A DNA stretch of 64,000 nucleotides, taken from assembly GCA_021613535.1 (NCBI GenBank), contig CP075494.1, positions 4,030,001 to 4,094,000 on the forward strand, in the 5' to 3' direction. Both the position numbers and the translations under genes were made by a program. The notes under the pieces were generated by a model. The model did not search any database. It was not told the DNA's origin and was given only the letters and a program-made list of their open reading frames with translations. Positions 61,077 through 64,000 of this stretch are shown here, piece by piece; position 1 is the stretch's first letter; each line of letters opens with the position of its first letter. The DNA is from Adineta vaga (taxonomy: Eukaryota; Animalia; Rotifera).

Positions 61077-61723
61077 TGATGACAAATTAAAATTGATTAT
61101 TCAGTTTAGATAAAGTTTTCAACTTCATATAAATAAATCATCGAAAATTTGTTTCTCTTGAATTGTTATCCAGTTTACATATGTAGATCTTTACTTAACA
61201 ATATTTTTTAGTCTATATTCGAAATGATAATATCTGAAAACTGACTCCTAAATAAGATTAATTCAATAATTCTCTCTTTTCTTCTCTATATGAGTTTAAA
61301 ACACAAAGAAAAACATGATTAAAATTTTAACTATCACATTCGTTACTTCGTGTCTTATCGTTTTGAATCATATTGCAGAAAATTTCTACCCACTGAATAT
61401 AATTAACTAAACTCAGACTATATTTCTAGATTCGGGTACTTTCACCTATTCTCTATTATTGAAGAAGAATGTTTTCAAAGTCCATTGGTTATTTAGCTGG
61501 AGAATGTAAATATGTTTAATAGATAAAATTCATCAAATTTAAAGTAATCGTAGGATCTAGATATAATCTCTCCATCCAAATTCACAGCCTAAAAAAATCA
61601 TAGAACATTTTATTCTATATATGGAATGTGTTTATTAATGAAGTTTAGGAAATCAATCTTGTTAAAAGTCAAAAGTCATAGTCATCTATACAATCAAAGT
61701 AATTGAAATATCGTCAATAAGTT

Positions 61724-63468
61724 TTAATTACGTAATAAAACACTGATTTCATTTGAACCAGCATTTGCGACAATAATATCAAGTTTATTATCATTATTTA
61801 CGTCGATCAACATAACTTGTGTAGGAGTATCCCCAACTAAGTAGTTCGTTTCATTTTGAAAGATACCATTGCCTGTGTTGAGATAAATACCGACATTGTT
61901 CACAGCCGCATTGGCAACAATAAGGTCAGGCTTATTATCACAATTTACATCGCCTATAGCTACGGAACGTGGATATGCACCAACTGAGCGAGTAATTTGG
62001 CTTAGAAAGGTACCATTACCTGCATTAAAAAGAATACTAATGTTGTTCGAATTAGAATTTATAGCAATAATATCAGATTTATTATCATTATTCAAATCGC
62101 CGACAGCTATTGAAATTACATAAGTGCCAATTGGATAAGTAATTTGATTCAGAAAAGTACCATTGCCCATATTGAGAAGAACACCAACATTAGATGAATT
62201 GGAGTTTCCAACGATAATATCAAGCTTATTATCATTGTCTACATCAATGACTTCTATGGCGATTGGCTGACTACCAACTGTATATACCGTTTGATTGAAA
62301 AAGGTTCCATTACCGATATTGATAAGAACTCCCACATTATTTGAATTATAATTGGCTACAATAATATCAGGTTTATTGTCGGCGTTAACATCAGCTACTA
62401 CTACTGAGAACGGATTTGTACCTACGGAATAAGTCGTTTGACTTAGAAAAGTTCCATTGCCTGCATTGAGAAGAACGCCAACATTGTTTGAATTATAGTT
62501 TGCTACGACAATATCTGGTAGATTGTCAAGGTTTACATCAACTGCCGTCACTGAACGTGGATACACACCAACTGAGTAAAATATTTCAGCCAGGAAGGTA
62601 CCATTACCTAGATTGAGACGAACACCGACATTGTTTGAATTATAGTTTGCTACGATCATATCGGGTTTATCGTCATTGTTAACGTCAAGTACTGCCATTG
62701 AATATGGGACCAATCCAGTCGAGTATGTAGGCTGACTAACAAACATAATATTGCAAGCTATAAAGAAAAAACAAAATACTGAGAATTTTTCCAAATTAAT
62801 GAATTGATAATTCAGTAAAGTGACCGTAACTTTTAAAGGAAGTGATTAGCAGTCAAATTGTTTTAAAATCTTGAAATCGTCGTAGGCATTTGAAAAAGGT
62901 TCTCTCATCAATCAGTATTTCTTCTAGTATCGAAATTTATTTTATTAATTTATGAACTGCAGTCTTTTATATCTGTTATTTAAGATTTTGTTAGCTATTC
63001 TGAATACGTTGATAGATACTAAATCACTTACCAGTTGTTGTTGTCAATGTACTAATTGTGGATGTTGTAGTCGATACTATTGTAAAGAAAAGTAGACGAT
63101 GATGTATTTCTAAATATATTCTATCAATACTAACTTTGTAGAGTTCGCATTCCAGATACGGTGATCATGCTAATAGTATCCACATCGATAGACATGTTTG
63201 TATTTTGATTCGATATATTAGTGAATAATTGACAATTCAAAGACGATCGATGAAAACTTGCTGCTTGGCATTGAATTTCATTTAAACAAGCAACTTGACA
63301 CTTGCGAACATCTAGTGTAGTAGTTGTCGTTAACGGTAAACAAGTTGTATTCGTACATTGAAATTGCCATCCACTCAGAACTGACATTGTCAATAAATGT
63401 TTATCTTGTGCAACTAATTGTACGATAAGACCAAACAAAATCACCATCGATATTCCTAACGAATTCAT
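61724..63468 (-). CDS. Secreted PAN/apple + FG-GAP/VCBS-repeat beta-propeller protein
   Basis: Signal peptide; KCQVACL....CQAASF.....CQLF; Thr-rich mini-exon; seven repeats of DVNND.KPDIIVAN..SNNVGVLLN.GNGTF; phase-1 introns. Confidence 0.85.
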
Positions 63469-64000
63469 AACTAATAGGACTTCAAAGTATGATAGAATAA
63501 ATTTGATTTTGAATCCAAGACAGAAAAAAATATGAAACAATATGTTAATTTTTTGTTCCTCTTTCTCTTGACAAATGATATATTAAAGTCTACTGAGAAA
63601 TTAATTATATAAGTTTTTTTAAACTTGTCCAGGAAGTCTCATTTTGAAAGTGAACAGTACTCTATTTTTCTCTGATATTCAAGATTGAAACGAGTCATTT
63701 TTAGCTTTTATTTTATGCAAAATTTTTCGAAAGATTATGTAAAACTATATAATTTCAAGCACAAATCAAATTTCAACAGAGACACTGTTTTGAAACTAGA
63801 CAAGTAACAATAGTCTTTCTAAACAAAACTGATAATCACAATATTCATGATGTTTGTTCTCCGGACATAATCATCAAGATGAAGTATCAGTAAGTTTTTA
63901 ATAGCTATGGAAACATTTCTTTCAATTTATTAAATGGTTTTTTCTTCTAAGAAAGAAAGTTTATTTGATTTTGTATCAAATGTTCTTTTTTTGTCATTTT

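Noticed and set aside
61724-62760. Periodic nucleotide repeats here and at 23461-24400 as CRISPR-like or satellite arrays
   Set aside because: They are coding FG-GAP and Kelch repeats with codon-level divergence.
1-64000. Bacterial origin or contamination suggested by ART, Kelch, FG-GAP and ABM genes
   Set aside because: Spliceosomal introns occur within these genes, and they are interleaved with GPCRs and MOXD1.

Overview
AT-rich (~30% GC) eukaryotic genomic DNA with many short (~50-70 nt) GT-AG introns. The gene content strongly suggests a bdelloid rotifer (Adineta/Rotaria-like; inferred, not verified): expanded orphan rhodopsin-type GPCRs, receiver-like/ADP-ribosyltransferase (ART)/TPR genes, and fungal- or bacterial-type genes (questin oxidase, DUF3431, ABM, Kelch, FG-GAP). 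It is a fast-turnover accessory region with about 20 intact or nearly intact genes and about 7 pseudogenes. Manual splicing reveals architectures the ORF track hides. (1) A 1422-aa single-chain protein made of three tandem TM-Cys-rich ectodomain-TM units, a candidate concatenated trimeric DEG/ENaC/P2X-like channel (30952-35660). (2) An 842-aa receiver-like/ART/TPR protein fused to KY-peptidase-type Ig-like repeats; it sits with a decayed duplicate between two inverted copies of a small Cys/His-rich gene (46190-54860). (3) A 1189-aa gene with an intact ART-TPR unit followed by a catalytically degenerate one. (4) A 195-bp TG...CA element with a 5-bp target-site duplication inside a coding exon, potentially rescued by splicing. 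All family assignments come from motif recognition only; no database searches were run.
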